A stretch of DNA of 64,000 bases. Origin: Flavobacteriales bacterium (lineage in GTDB: Bacteria; Bacteroidota; Bacteroidia; Flavobacteriales; Weeksellaceae). Under the pieces are notes generated by a model. That model saw only the letters and a program-made list of their open reading frames with translations, made no database searches and was not told the DNA's origin. The translations under genes and the position numbers were made by a program. The DNA lies in NCBI GenBank assembly GCA_002747105.1, contig PDSY01000016.1, positions 28,473 to 92,472 of the forward strand. The letters are read 5' to 3'. Below are positions 36,712-46,235 of this stretch, one piece after another; positions within the stretch are counted from its first letter, which is position 1; every line of letters begins with the position of its first letter.

Positions 36712-38550
36712 ATGAAACCATTACAACGAATTTTACATTTTGCTAAACCTCATCGAAAATACCTTTTTGGGAGTATATTTTTTAATATTCTCTATTCTTT
36801 ATTGCAGGTTTTTTCGGTAATTTCGATGTTGCCAATTCTGAGGATTATTTTTAAATTAGACAAAGAAGTGGATGTTTCTAAAGAACCAGTTTATAGTGGT
36901 CACTTAACAGATTTTTTCGGGTATTTTAAAGAGTTGGTTTATTATGAAATCCAACTGAGTATCAATGAAAATGGAGCTGTCGTTGTTTTGGCTTGGCTTT
37001 GTGGCATTACGGCTTTTGCCTTTTTATTGAGAAATTTATTCAGGTATTTAGGATCTTTTTTATTGGTTAATTATCGTGTTGGGATTACTAAAGATTTACG
37101 AACAGCAATGTATTCCAAATTCTTACAACTTCCCGTTTCTTTCTTTACCGAACAAAGGAAAGGCGATTTGATGTCAAGATTGTCTAATGATATTGGTGTG
37201 GTACAAAATGGAATCATGAATTCTTTGGTCAATATTTTGAACGCTCCATTTATGATTATTTTCAGTATTGTAATGTTGTTTGTTTTAGATGCTAAATTAA
37301 CCCTTTTTGCCATTTTGGTTTTCCCTGTGATGGGAGGAATTATCTCTTGGGTAGGAAAAAGTTTGAAAAAACAAGCCTCTTTTGCTCAAAAAGAATTAGG
37401 AAATCTTTTTTCTTTGGTAGATGAAACGCTTAAGTCTTCTAAAGTGATTAAAATTTTTAATGCCGATAAAATCCTTAAAAATCGTTTTAATACGACTACC
37501 GATAATTGGAAAAAACACAGTATTGCAATGAGCAGAAGGCAAGAATTAGCATCGCCATCAAGTGAGTTTTTAGGCTCGGTGACGATGTTGCTTATCACTT
37601 GGTTTGCAGGGGTTAACGTCATCAATGGAACGAATGATGATCCTGTCACATTTTTAACTTTTATCGGTTTGTTTTTCCAAATTCTTGATCCTGCGAAAAA
37701 ATTGTCGAGTTCTATTTCTGCTATTCAGAGTGGTATTCCGAGTTTAGAAAGGGTTTCTGAAGTGTTAGACTATGATTTAAAAGTACACGAAATAGAAAAC
37801 CCAATCGGTATCGACACTTTGAAAAATCAAATTGAATTTAAAAATATTGGTTTTTATTATCATCAAGACCATCAGATTTTGTCTGATTTTTCACTCACAA
37901 TTCCAAAAGGTCAGACCGTAGCTTTGGTAGGACAGTCAGGAAGTGGAAAAACGACAGTGGCCAATTTACTAGCTCGTTTTTATGATGTTACCGAAGGCGA
38001 AATTTGTATCGATGGAACCAATATTAAGCAACTCAAACTCGACGAGTTTCGTCATTTACTTGGAATGGTAACGCAAGAGTCCGTACTTTTTAATGATTCT
38101 GTGTATCATAATATATTGATGGGAAAACCAAGTGCTACGGAAGAGGAAGTGATTGCAGCGGCTAAAATCGCCAATGCTCACGAATTTATCCAAGGTTTGT
38201 CACACGGCTATAAAACGAATATCGGTGATGATGGGAATAAATTATCGGGCGGACAAAAGCAAAGGATTTCCATTGCCCGTGCTGTGCTGAAAAACCCACC
38301 CATTATGATTCTGGACGAAGCCACTTCTGCCCTTGATACCGAATCCGAAAAAATGGTGCAAGATGCCTTAGAAAAGATGATGGAAAACAGAACTTCGTTG
38401 GTGATTGCACACCGACTTTCAACCATCCAAAAAGCGGATCAAATTATCGTAATGGAGAAAGGAAATATCGTAGAGCAAGGTACTCACCAAGAACTTTTTG
38501 CCCAAAATGGAGTGTATAAAAAATTGGTCGATTTACAGAATTTTGAGTAA
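36712..38550 (+). CDS. ABC transporter ATP-binding protein/permease (MsbA-like exporter)
   Basis: Six-TM domain, Walker A 'GQSGSGKTT', signature 'LSGGQKQR', and Walker B 'ILDEATSALD'. Confidence 0.92.
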   Translation: MKPLQRILHFAKPHRKYLFGSIFFNILYSLLQVFSVISMLPILRIIFKLDKEVDVSKEPVYSGHLTDFFGYFKELVYYEIQLSINENGAVVVLAWLCGITAFAFLLRNLFRYLGSFLLVNYRVGITKDLRTAMYSKFLQLPVSFFTEQRKGDLMSRLSNDIGVVQNGIMNSLVNILNAPFMIIFSIVMLFVLDAKLTLFAILVFPVMGGIISWVGKSLKKQASFAQKELGNLFSLVDETLKSSKVIKIFNADKILKNRFNTTTDNWKKHSIAMSRRQELASPSSEFLGSVTMLLITWFAGVNVINGTNDDPVTFLTFIGLFFQILDPAKKLSSSISAIQSGIPSLERVSEVLDYDLKVHEIENPIGIDTLKNQIEFKNIGFYYHQDHQILSDFSLTIPKGQTVALVGQSGSGKTTVANLLARFYDVTEGEICIDGTNIKQLKLDEFRHLLGMVTQESVLFNDSVYHNILMGKPSATEEEVIAAAKIANAHEFIQGLSHGYKTNIGDDGNKLSGGQKQRISIARAVLKNPPIMILDEATSALDTESEKMVQDALEKMMENRTSLVIAHRLSTIQKADQIIVMEKGNIVEQGTHQELFAQNGVYKKLVDLQNFE

Positions 38551-38575
38551 TAATACTGAAAATTAAAACTAAAAA

Positions 38576-38606
38576 AATCACTACTTTATGGGGTAGTGAT
38601 TTTTTG
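38576..38606. terminator. bidirectional terminator
   Basis: Stem 'aatcactac'/'gtagtgatt' with A-run and T-run flanks, between convergent genes. Confidence 0.8.
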
Positions 38607-38623
38607 TTATGTAGTGAAAATAT

Positions 38624-39547
38624 TTATTTCTTTGGTAAGAAAACCTCTGCCAACATACATCTGGCACTTCCGCCACCATTTGTTTCGATAGTTTCTAAAT
38701 CGGCATAAATAATTTCTGAATATTGCTTGATTTGGCTAATCTGTTTTTCGTTAAGCGACTGATAAGCACTTTGACTCATAACCAAAAACTTTTCCGCTTT
38801 ATCGTTATGAACTTGCAACATATTTCCTGCAAATTGGTGCATTTGAGCCTCGGAAATTTCTACAATTTCTTTCCCTGAATTTTCAATGGTTTTAATCACC
38901 ATTTCTCTTTCGGATTTATCATCAATACAATCTAAACAAATCACTACAAACTTATCCGCTACAGCCATCATTACATTGGTATGATAAATCGGTAATCTTT
39001 TGTCTTCCACGCTTTGGAACGAATGAAAAACCACCGGTTGATAACCAATTTCTTTACAAAAATCCCTAAAAATACTTTCGTCTAACCTTAACGATACTGA
39101 ACCGTAAGCTAATTTGTTATCGTGGTCAAAAATAATACTTCCTGTCCCTTCCAAGAATTTTTCTTCGGCTTCGTAATGTGATAAATCTTTAATTTCTTTC
39201 ACTTCAAAACCTTGGTTTTTCAAGGTCTCAATAATATCCATTCTTCTTTCGTCTCGTCTATTTTTGGCACACATTGGATAAAGTGTTACCACTCCATTTT
39301 CCGAGAAGCTCACCCAGTTGTTAGGGAAGATAGAATCTGGCGTGTGAGGGTTAAGGGTGTCTTTAATGGAAATAACATTGATGCCTTTGTTGCTTAGTTT
39401 TTCTACAAAATTTGTAAACTCTTGTAAGGCTTTCTCTTGCACTTCACTACCTTTTTGTTCTACTTGGAAATAATTGTTTTTTGCCGTTTCTGCATTGTAT
39501 CCAAATGCGATTGGCTCTATCATTAAAACAGTATTTGTCGTTTGCAT
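38624..39547 (-). CDS. arginine deiminase-related / citrulline utilization hydrolase CtlX-like protein
   Basis: Amidinotransferase-fold family. 'MIEPIAFGYNAETA' at the N-terminus and the C-terminal 'GGGSARCMLAE' catalytic Cys motif. Confidence 0.7.
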   Translation of the reverse strand: MQTTNTVLMIEPIAFGYNAETAKNNYFQVEQKGSEVQEKALQEFTNFVEKLSNKGINVISIKDTLNPHTPDSIFPNNWVSFSENGVVTLYPMCAKNRRDERRMDIIETLKNQGFEVKEIKDLSHYEAEEKFLEGTGSIIFDHDNKLAYGSVSLRLDESIFRDFCKEIGYQPVVFHSFQSVEDKRLPIYHTNVMMAVADKFVVICLDCIDDKSEREMVIKTIENSGKEIVEISEAQMHQFAGNMLQVHNDKAEKFLVMSQSAYQSLNEKQISQIKQYSEIIYADLETIETNGGGSARCMLAEVFLPKK

Positions 39548-39563
39548 ATTTTCTAATTTTTCA

Positions 39564-39571
39564 CAAAAATA
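39564..39571 (-). promoter_or_regulatory. Bacteroidota-type -7 box (TAnnTTTG)
   Basis: The minus strand reads 'tatttttg', upstream of the CtlX-like gene. Confidence 0.45.
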
Positions 39572-39620
39572 AGATTAAAAAATTATTTCGTTAACTTTAT
39601 CGCATCAAATTAGAAATAAA

Positions 39621-40289
39621 ATGTTAGAAATTGCTTGTTTTGAAATCACTTCCGCCGAAATAGCCCTCAATTCTTGTGCTGATAGAATAGAATTTTGCAA
39701 AGAGCTAGAACTGGGAGGAACAACACCAGATATAGAAGAGTTTATCTATTTAAAAGAGCATTATCAAAAACCTATTTTTGTCATGATAAGACCTCGTGGC
39801 GGTAACTTTTTTTATTCCGATGCAGAATTTGAGCAAATGAAAAAAGACATCATCGTTTTTAAAAATGAAGGTGCTGATGGTTTCGTTTTTGGAATTTTAA
39901 ATAGCCAAAAGGAAATTGACATTGAAAGAAATAAACAATTAGTAGAATTAGCAGGAAATATTCCGTGTACTTTTCATAGAGCATTTGATAGAACGCCTGA
40001 TATATTCGGTTCTTTAAATACCTTAATTAAAATCGGTTTCAAAACAGTATTAACTTCTGGTGGAGAAAAATCAGCATTGGAAGGTGCAGAGAATTTACAC
40101 CAACTTATACAGCAAAGCAATGGTGAAATTGATATATTAATAGGTGGAGGCGTTCGTTCTAATAACCTAAAAAACATTAAAGAAAAGACCAAAGGAACTT
40201 CTTTTCATTCTTCGGCTATCTTAAAATACGAACTTTTTGCCAACCCCGATGAAATTATCAAACTAAAAGAATATTCTGCTATTCCCTAA
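39621..40289 (+). CDS. cutC: copper homeostasis protein CutC
   Basis: 'LEIACFEITSAEIA...ADRIEFC' and 'HRAFD' CutC motifs. Confidence 0.85.
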   Translation: MLEIACFEITSAEIALNSCADRIEFCKELELGGTTPDIEEFIYLKEHYQKPIFVMIRPRGGNFFYSDAEFEQMKKDIIVFKNEGADGFVFGILNSQKEIDIERNKQLVELAGNIPCTFHRAFDRTPDIFGSLNTLIKIGFKTVLTSGGEKSALEGAENLHQLIQQSNGEIDILIGGGVRSNNLKNIKEKTKGTSFHSSAILKYELFANPDEIIKLKEYSAIP

Positions 40290-41190
40290 CCAAAGGCATT
40301 GTAGAACATCTTAACAACCCGCCCATTTTAGAAATCTCACGATATGGGATTTCTTCTACGGTGATTCCCCAATCTCTTAATTGTTGGTTCATTCTCGTAA
40401 ATGCAGCATCGGAAACTACTACTTTCGGCGAAATAGAAAATATATTAGGATTCATCTCGAACATTTCTTCTTCGGTGATTTCAAAACAGTTTTCCTTTCC
40501 GAAAATCTCTACCAATACATCATAATCTTTTTTATTCACAAAACCATCTTTATAAATAATACATTTGCCTTCTCCCACGATATTGAAAGTGCAATCTAAA
40601 TGTAAAATCCCTTTGTATGGGTTGGTGTCGTGTTTTTTCAGTTCAAGACCAATGACTTTTTTATTCGGAAAAAGCTCTTGTAAAAAATCAACTGCCGATT
40701 TATTGGTTCTCGCTGTTTTAATTTTATCCATATGCTCTTGATAACAAACGCCGACAAAAATATAATCGTTCCAAGGCATTACATCTCCACCTTCTGCTGT
40801 AGCATTTTCAGGTAAATAAACGATATTTTCTTTATTAATTTTGTCATAAATAGCTTGGTAAGCCTTTTGTTCTTCTGCTCTATCAGAAATCATATTGGCG
40901 ATGATGAGTTTATCTTCAATCACGAAACTTACATCTCTCGAAAAGACTTGATTACAATTTTTAATGATTTCGGGGCGATGAACTTTCACGCCGTGTTTTT
41001 CAAGCACTGCTCTAAAGCCTTCCATTTCATCAATGATATCTTGCTCTGTTGGGTAAACACCATTTTCTACCGTATGATAAGACTTCGCATCGTAGCATTC
41101 TGCTAATGTTGGCACTTTTCCATTAGATTGAGGTTGTCCCAGAATCACTTCTTTTAGTTTGGCTGTTTCGTTTTGTATATTAAGATTCAT
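40279..41190 (-). CDS. amidinotransferase / dimethylarginine dimethylaminohydrolase family protein
   Basis: 'LHLDCTFN' and the C-terminal 'GGLLRCSTMPL' catalytic Cys motif of the guanidino-group-modifying superfamily. Start set at ATG 41190 (MNLNIQN). Confidence 0.75.
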   Translation of the reverse strand: MNLNIQNETAKLKEVILGQPQSNGKVPTLAECYDAKSYHTVENGVYPTEQDIIDEMEGFRAVLEKHGVKVHRPEIIKNCNQVFSRDVSFVIEDKLIIANMISDRAEEQKAYQAIYDKINKENIVYLPENATAEGGDVMPWNDYIFVGVCYQEHMDKIKTARTNKSAVDFLQELFPNKKVIGLELKKHDTNPYKGILHLDCTFNIVGEGKCIIYKDGFVNKKDYDVLVEIFGKENCFEITEEEMFEMNPNIFSISPKVVVSDAAFTRMNQQLRDWGITVEEIPYREISKMGGLLRCSTMPLVRE

Positions 41191-41239
41191 CTTTTTTTGT
41201 TTCAAATTGGTACAAATATAAGTATTTTTGGTAGAGCAT

Positions 41240-41276
41240 AAAAACAAAAAAGTCCACTTATAGCAAAGCGGACTTT
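41240..41276 (-). terminator. rho-independent terminator of gltA
   Basis: On the minus strand, stem 'aaagtcc'/'ggacttt' followed by a T-run. Confidence 0.6.
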
Positions 41277-41298
41277 CTTATAAAACATTATGAAAAAT

Positions 41299-42585
41299 TT
41301 ATCTTTTTTCGATAGGTACATAATTTCTTTTAGCATAACCTTCATAGACTTGTCTTGGTCTTCCGATAGGGTCGCCGTTCAATCTCATTTCTTTCCACTG
41401 AGCAATCCACCCTGGTAATCTTCCTAAGGCAAACATCACAGTAAACATTTCGGTTGGTATTCCTAATGCTCTATAGATGATTCCTGAATAGAAATCAACA
41501 TTTGGATATAATTTTCTTTCTACAAAATAAGGATCTTCTAATGCAACTTTTTCTAATTGTGTAGCAATATCTAAAGCCTTATCATGGATTCCTAATTTTC
41601 CTAAAATATCGTCCGCTGCTTTCTTGATGATTTTCGCTCTTGGATCGAAGTTTTTATATACCCTATGTCCGAATCCCATTAATCTGAACTCATCATTCTT
41701 GTCTTTTGCTTTAGCGACATATTTAGCGACATCTCCACCATCTTTTTCTATGGCTTCCAACATTTCGATTACGGCTTGGTTAGCTCCACCATGCAATGGT
41801 CCCCAAAGTGCAGAAACTCCTGCCGAAATAGAAGCGAATAATCCTGTATGTGCAGAACCTACCATTCTTACAGTAGAAGTAGAACAGTTTTGCTCGTGGT
41901 CAGCGTGAAGAATTAATAATTTATTCAATGCTCCTACAATTACTGGATCCATTTCAAAATCCTCATAAGGTAATCTAAACATCATTTTGTAGAAATTTTC
42001 TACATAGTTTAAATTATTATCTCCGTGATTTAATGGTAAACCTTTTGTTTTTCTATAAGTCCATGCACAAAGGTGAGCGAATTTAGCCAAAGTAATTTCG
42101 ATAGCATGCTCCATCTCTTCTTCCGACTTCACATTTACTGCTTTTGGGTTAAATGCTGTTAATGCAGAAGTTAAAGAAGATAAAACTCCCATTGGGTGAG
42201 CAGAACGAGGAAATGCATCTAATAATTTTTTCATTTCATCGGCCACGAAATTATAGGATTTTAAATTATTTTCAAACTTTTCAAATTGATCTTGAGTTGG
42301 TAACTCACCATGTAATAATAAGTACATTACTTCCGAGAAAGAAGAGTTTTCTGCCAATTCATCAATGGCATAACCTCTATAATATAATTCTCCTTTGTCA
42401 CCATCCAAAAAGGTGATTGCACTTCTTGTAGAACCAGTGTTTTTGAAACCTCTATCCAAAGTGATTAATCCTGTATCTCCTCTTAGTTTAGCAATATCAA
42501 TTCCTCTATCTCCTGATACACTATCCACAATAGGGTATTCGTAAGAATTCCCTTCATAATTTAAAATAACTTTTTTGTCTGACAT
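41299..42585 (-). CDS. gltA: citrate synthase
   Basis: 'LILHADHEQNCSTST' and 'GFGHRVYKNFDPRA' are canonical type II citrate synthase motifs. Confidence 0.97.
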   Translation of the reverse strand: MSDKKVILNYEGNSYEYPIVDSVSGDRGIDIAKLRGDTGLITLDRGFKNTGSTRSAITFLDGDKGELYYRGYAIDELAENSSFSEVMYLLLHGELPTQDQFEKFENNLKSYNFVADEMKKLLDAFPRSAHPMGVLSSLTSALTAFNPKAVNVKSEEEMEHAIEITLAKFAHLCAWTYRKTKGLPLNHGDNNLNYVENFYKMMFRLPYEDFEMDPVIVGALNKLLILHADHEQNCSTSTVRMVGSAHTGLFASISAGVSALWGPLHGGANQAVIEMLEAIEKDGGDVAKYVAKAKDKNDEFRLMGFGHRVYKNFDPRAKIIKKAADDILGKLGIHDKALDIATQLEKVALEDPYFVERKLYPNVDFYSGIIYRALGIPTEMFTVMFALGRLPGWIAQWKEMRLNGDPIGRPRQVYEGYAKRNYVPIEKR

Positions 42586-42807
42586 TTTATTCTGATAAAT
42601 TTTGCGATAAAGGTACGAAAAAAAGGAATACCAATCAAAAATAAAGGCGTTTTTAAGTTTTTTTGTCCATTAATGTACCATGATAGAGATGTAATTTAGG
42701 TCAAACGCATTAAAAATCCAATAAATTGACATTTTTGATTTAAAATAATTCAAACTAAAATGAGGGTTTCAGTAATTAATATTATTCTTAATTTTATAAT
42801 TAAATTG

Positions 42808-42815
42808 TATCTTTG
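42808..42815 (+). promoter_or_regulatory. Bacteroidota-type -7 box (TAnnTTTG)
   Basis: 'tatctttg' lies upstream of nrnA. Confidence 0.45.
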
Positions 42816-42841
42816 GCGTTGACCAAAAAAAGCAATAAAAA

Positions 42842-43849
42842 ATGTTCAGTTCAGAAGAATTAAAAGCCATTCAGTCTCAGTTAAATCCAAAGAATAAAAT
42901 TGTCATTGTAACACATTACAACCCTGATGGAGATGCAATTGGTTCTACTTTGGGACTACAACATTTTTTAAAAACACAAGGCATGGAGTCGGATATCGTT
43001 GTGCCTAATGATTTCCCGAAGTTCCTAAAATGGATGCCTGAAGCCAAAAAAATTACCATAGCCGATTATAAAAGAAAAAAGGCGAATACTTTAATCAACG
43101 AGGCAGATGTTTTATTCATTTTGGATTTCAATGCTCCTCATCGTTCAGGAGATTTGGTGGCTCCTTGGATACAAAAATCAAAAGCAACGAAAATTTTAAT
43201 TGACCATCATCAGCAACCTGACCAATTTGATTTTATGTATTCCGACACCAGCATTCCTGCCACTTGTCAAATGGTCTATCACTTCATCGAAGCGTTGGGT
43301 AAAGAAGATGCTGTAAACCTCAATATTGCACAATGTTTATATACAGGAATAATGACTGATACAGGTGGTTTTAGATTCCGTTCTACAAGTGCAACAACAC
43401 ATCAGATTATTGCCAAACTGATTGATAAAGGAGCAGACCCAGCCACGATTACTTCCAATACTTGGGATAATAATTCTCTTTCAAGGTTGCAATTATTGGC
43501 TTTGGTTTTAGGGAGAATAGAGGTGATTAATGATGGGAAAGTAGCGATTTTGCATTTATTTAGAAAAGAATTGGAAGCTTTTGGTTTTCAAAAAGGAGAT
43601 ACGGAAGGCTTCGTGAATTACGGACTGAGCCTAAAAGGATGCGAGTTTTCGGTGATTTTCATTGAAGATTTATACGAAGACTTTATCAAAATTTCTTTCC
43701 GAAGCAAAAATGATGTTGATGTCAATCAGTTTGCTAGAAAGCACTTTAATGGAGGAGGGCATGTCAATGCCGCAGGAGGGAAATCTTTCTTGCCAATGTC
43801 GGAAACCATTGATAGATTCAAAAATATTGTCGAAACACAAGGCTTTTAA
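42842..43849 (+). CDS. nrnA: DHH family phosphoesterase (NrnA-like oligoribonuclease/pAp phosphatase)
   Basis: 'THYNPDGDAIGS', 'DHH', and the DHHA1 motif 'GGGHVNAAG'. Confidence 0.85.
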   Translation: MFSSEELKAIQSQLNPKNKIVIVTHYNPDGDAIGSTLGLQHFLKTQGMESDIVVPNDFPKFLKWMPEAKKITIADYKRKKANTLINEADVLFILDFNAPHRSGDLVAPWIQKSKATKILIDHHQQPDQFDFMYSDTSIPATCQMVYHFIEALGKEDAVNLNIAQCLYTGIMTDTGGFRFRSTSATTHQIIAKLIDKGADPATITSNTWDNNSLSRLQLLALVLGRIEVINDGKVAILHLFRKELEAFGFQKGDTEGFVNYGLSLKGCEFSVIFIEDLYEDFIKISFRSKNDVDVNQFARKHFNGGGHVNAAGGKSFLPMSETIDRFKNIVETQGF

Positions 43850-43862
43850 TCTTTGAGAGAGT

Positions 43863-44621
43863 TTAAGGGATTAATTCCGTATTAATAATACTCGCACAGA
43901 TGGACGGTTTCTCGAAATGTCCGTTGTGTCCGCAATCGATGAGGTAAGATTTTATATTTTCCTGAACGGGTAAATTTTTCAAAATAATATACGAATTAAC
44001 CGCTTTGTCGTGTCTTCCACAGATGACCAATATTTTCTTGTCTAATTTTTTGATAAGTTCTAATTTGTCGGTTCTCGTCAGCATTCCTTTTACGGCAGAT
44101 AAAGCGCCATTATTGTCGGTGGAAAGGGCAATTTCTTTGGTCAGTTGAATTTCGTCGGCCAATTTTTCCCTTTCAAAAGGATTGAAAAAATTCGGTACAC
44201 CAGCATTGACATAAGTTTTGAAATTTTCTTTAATAATTCTAAAACTTCGTCTTCTTTGGTCTTTCTTCTCTTCGTTATCAGCATAATAGGAAGAGAAAAA
44301 AAGGGTTAAACTTTTCAGTTTTTCGGGAAAGTGTTCCGCAAAAGCCAAACTGACATATCCACCCATCGAATGTCCCAAAATATGAAAATCCGTTAGGTGT
44401 AAAGCGTCGGTAACTTCCTTTACTTTTTCAGCCATAAACTCCATGGTGTGGACTTCATCGTAGATTTTACTTTGTCCGTGTCCCGGTAAATCAATTTTAA
44501 TGATTCTAAAATCCGAAGATAAATATTCTTCCAAATATTCCCAAACGAAAAGGTTTTCCATAAAACCGTGAAGTAGTACAATATTTTCCTTTCCGTTCCC
44601 TGAAATTTGATAATGGAGCAT
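43863..44621 (-). CDS. alpha/beta hydrolase
   Basis: 'LLHGF' oxyanion region and the nucleophile elbow 'GHSMGG'. Confidence 0.85.
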   Translation of the reverse strand: MLHYQISGNGKENIVLLHGFMENLFVWEYLEEYLSSDFRIIKIDLPGHGQSKIYDEVHTMEFMAEKVKEVTDALHLTDFHILGHSMGGYVSLAFAEHFPEKLKSLTLFFSSYYADNEEKKDQRRRSFRIIKENFKTYVNAGVPNFFNPFEREKLADEIQLTKEIALSTDNNGALSAVKGMLTRTDKLELIKKLDKKILVICGRHDKAVNSYIILKNLPVQENIKSYLIDCGHNGHFEKPSICASIINTELIP

Positions 44622-44655
44622 TTTTCTGAATTTTATTTTGAAGCAAAAGTAAATA

Positions 44656-45585
44656 TTAATTCACAAAATTTAAAATAACAAACAGAGAACTTAGACTAAT
44701 GAATAACCACAAAATGATTCCTAATATAATTGATTTTCCACCAATAGAGACAAACTTTTTGAATGGTAATCCTGTACCGATTAAAAATAAGGCTAATTTC
44801 AGACCTGTTTTAGATGCTTTAAAAATGTACGGAGCAATAATATCTATTTTTGGAATATAGGAATGAAGTAAAATGGCTACAATAAATAATAAAATAAAAA
44901 TAGGAAACTTCACTTTATTTCCGTTCTTGTACACTGCCGAAAAAATAAGGGCGATAGGGATAATCCACAACGCTCGTGCAAGTTTTACAGTGGTGGCAAT
45001 TTGTAGTGCCTCATTGCCGTATTTACTCGCTGCACCCACTACGGAACTCGTATCGTGAATTGCAATAGCAGACCAAATTCCAAACTGATTCTGTGTTAAA
45101 TTAAAATAATGCCCAATGCTCGGAAAAATAAATAAAGCAATCGCATTAAGTAAAAAAACAACGCCTAATGCAACGGAGTTTTGGCTATTTTTAGCACCGA
45201 TGATTGGACTAACTGCTGCAATGGCACTTCCTCCACAAATCGCAGTTCCCGTGGAAATAAGTTGGCTGATTTTAGTATCGATTTTTAAAATTTTTCCCAA
45301 AATAAAACCAAGGCTAAATACAGCAATAATACTTCCTATCGTAAAAGCAAAACCTTCGCTTCCTGCTTTTATTGCTGTTTTTATATTCATCCCAAAACCT
45401 AATCCAATAATAGAATATTGTAATATTTTTTTGGTGTATTGGCTCGAAAAATCTGTATTGATAGGAAGAATATTAATGAATAAAATTCCTAAAATAAGTG
45501 CCATCGCTGGAGACACAAAATGAAATAACGAAAGAATAGCTAAACTGAAAAATATAAAATGTTTAAAATTGATTTTTTCTGACAT
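44656..45585 (-). CDS. putative sulfate exporter family transporter (YeiH/UPF0324)
   Basis: Polytopic membrane protein with about 10 TM helices. 'TGTAICGGSAIAA' is typical of the UPF0324 family. Confidence 0.7.
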   Translation of the reverse strand: MSEKINFKHFIFFSLAILSLFHFVSPAMALILGILFINILPINTDFSSQYTKKILQYSIIGLGFGMNIKTAIKAGSEGFAFTIGSIIAVFSLGFILGKILKIDTKISQLISTGTAICGGSAIAAVSPIIGAKNSQNSVALGVVFLLNAIALFIFPSIGHYFNLTQNQFGIWSAIAIHDTSSVVGAASKYGNEALQIATTVKLARALWIIPIALIFSAVYKNGNKVKFPIFILLFIVAILLHSYIPKIDIIAPYIFKASKTGLKLALFLIGTGLPFKKFVSIGGKSIILGIILWLFISLSSLFVILNFVN

Positions 45586-45667
45586 TTCTTTTTAATTTTT
45601 TGCAAATAAGGGTAAAATAAAATGATTTGAAAGTAACTTTTATCACATATGTTTGCAATATTATGTG

Positions 45668-45675
45668 TAATTTTG
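45668..45675 (+). promoter_or_regulatory. Bacteroidota-type -7 box (TAnnTTTG)
   Basis: 'taattttg' lies upstream of the rhodanese gene. Confidence 0.45.
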
Positions 45676-45694
45676 CAAAAATATAAAATTTATT

Positions 45695-46069
45695 ATGAAA
45701 ATAACGAAAGTCTTTTTAGGAGCAATGGTTTTGTCTTTGGCAATCCAATGTGGTTCTCCAAAATCGGTAACCGATACGCAAGAAACCAAAGTTGAAAAAA
45801 CCATTAAAAGCCAAGTGGAAGAAGGTGCTTTTATTGTAGATGTAAGAACACCAATCGAATTTAGGAGCGGTAGCTTTAAAGGAGCGGTAAATATTCCGTT
45901 AAATCAACTTGAAAGTCGTTTGGAAGAGTTCAAAGGAAAACAAAATATTATTGTTTTTTGCCGAAGTGGTAACCGAAGTGGAAAAGCGAAAAACATTTTG
46001 GAGCAAAATGGATTCACGAATGTAACCAACGGAATTAATCAGAAACATATGGAAGAAAAAACAAAATAG
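45695..46069 (+). CDS. rhodanese-like domain-containing lipoprotein
   Basis: Lipobox 'AIQC' and the active-site loop 'FCRSGNRSGKA'. Confidence 0.85.
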   Translation: MKITKVFLGAMVLSLAIQCGSPKSVTDTQETKVEKTIKSQVEEGAFIVDVRTPIEFRSGSFKGAVNIPLNQLESRLEEFKGKQNIIVFCRSGNRSGKAKNILEQNGFTNVTNGINQKHMEEKTK

Positions 46070-46080
46070 TTTTTTTAGTT

Positions 46081-46105
46081 ATCTAGTATTCTAGTGGTCA
46101 GTAGC
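46081..46105. repeat. heptamer-phased CTAGTnn array
   Basis: 'atctagtattctagtggtcagtagc', left of the terminator. Confidence 0.55.
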
Positions 46106-46141
46106 ATAAATGCGAAACTACCATTAATCATTTAAAACAAA

Positions 46142-46170
46142 AATCCGAGCTTTATACTCGGATTTTTATT
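46142..46170. terminator. bidirectional terminator
   Basis: Perfect 8-bp stem 'aatccgag'/'ctcggatt' with A-run and T-run flanks, between the rhodanese gene and dsbD. Confidence 0.8.
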
Positions 46171-46171
46171 G

Positions 46172-46232
46172 TTAGTAATACTACTAGATACTAATCACTG
46201 ACTACTAGATGACTGATTTACTATACTACTCT
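46172..46232. repeat. heptamer-phased ACTACTA-like array
   Basis: 'tagtaat actacta gatacta atcactg actacta gatgact gatttac tatacta', right of the terminator and roughly inverted relative to the left array. Confidence 0.55.
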
Positions 46233-46235
46233 AAA

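Noticed and set aside
36512-36721. 69-aa minus-strand ORF between the DUF4293 gene and the ABC transporter
   Set aside because: It overlaps the ABC transporter promoter box and start codon. There is no signal, motif or terminator context, so it is probably a chance ORF in an intergenic spacer.
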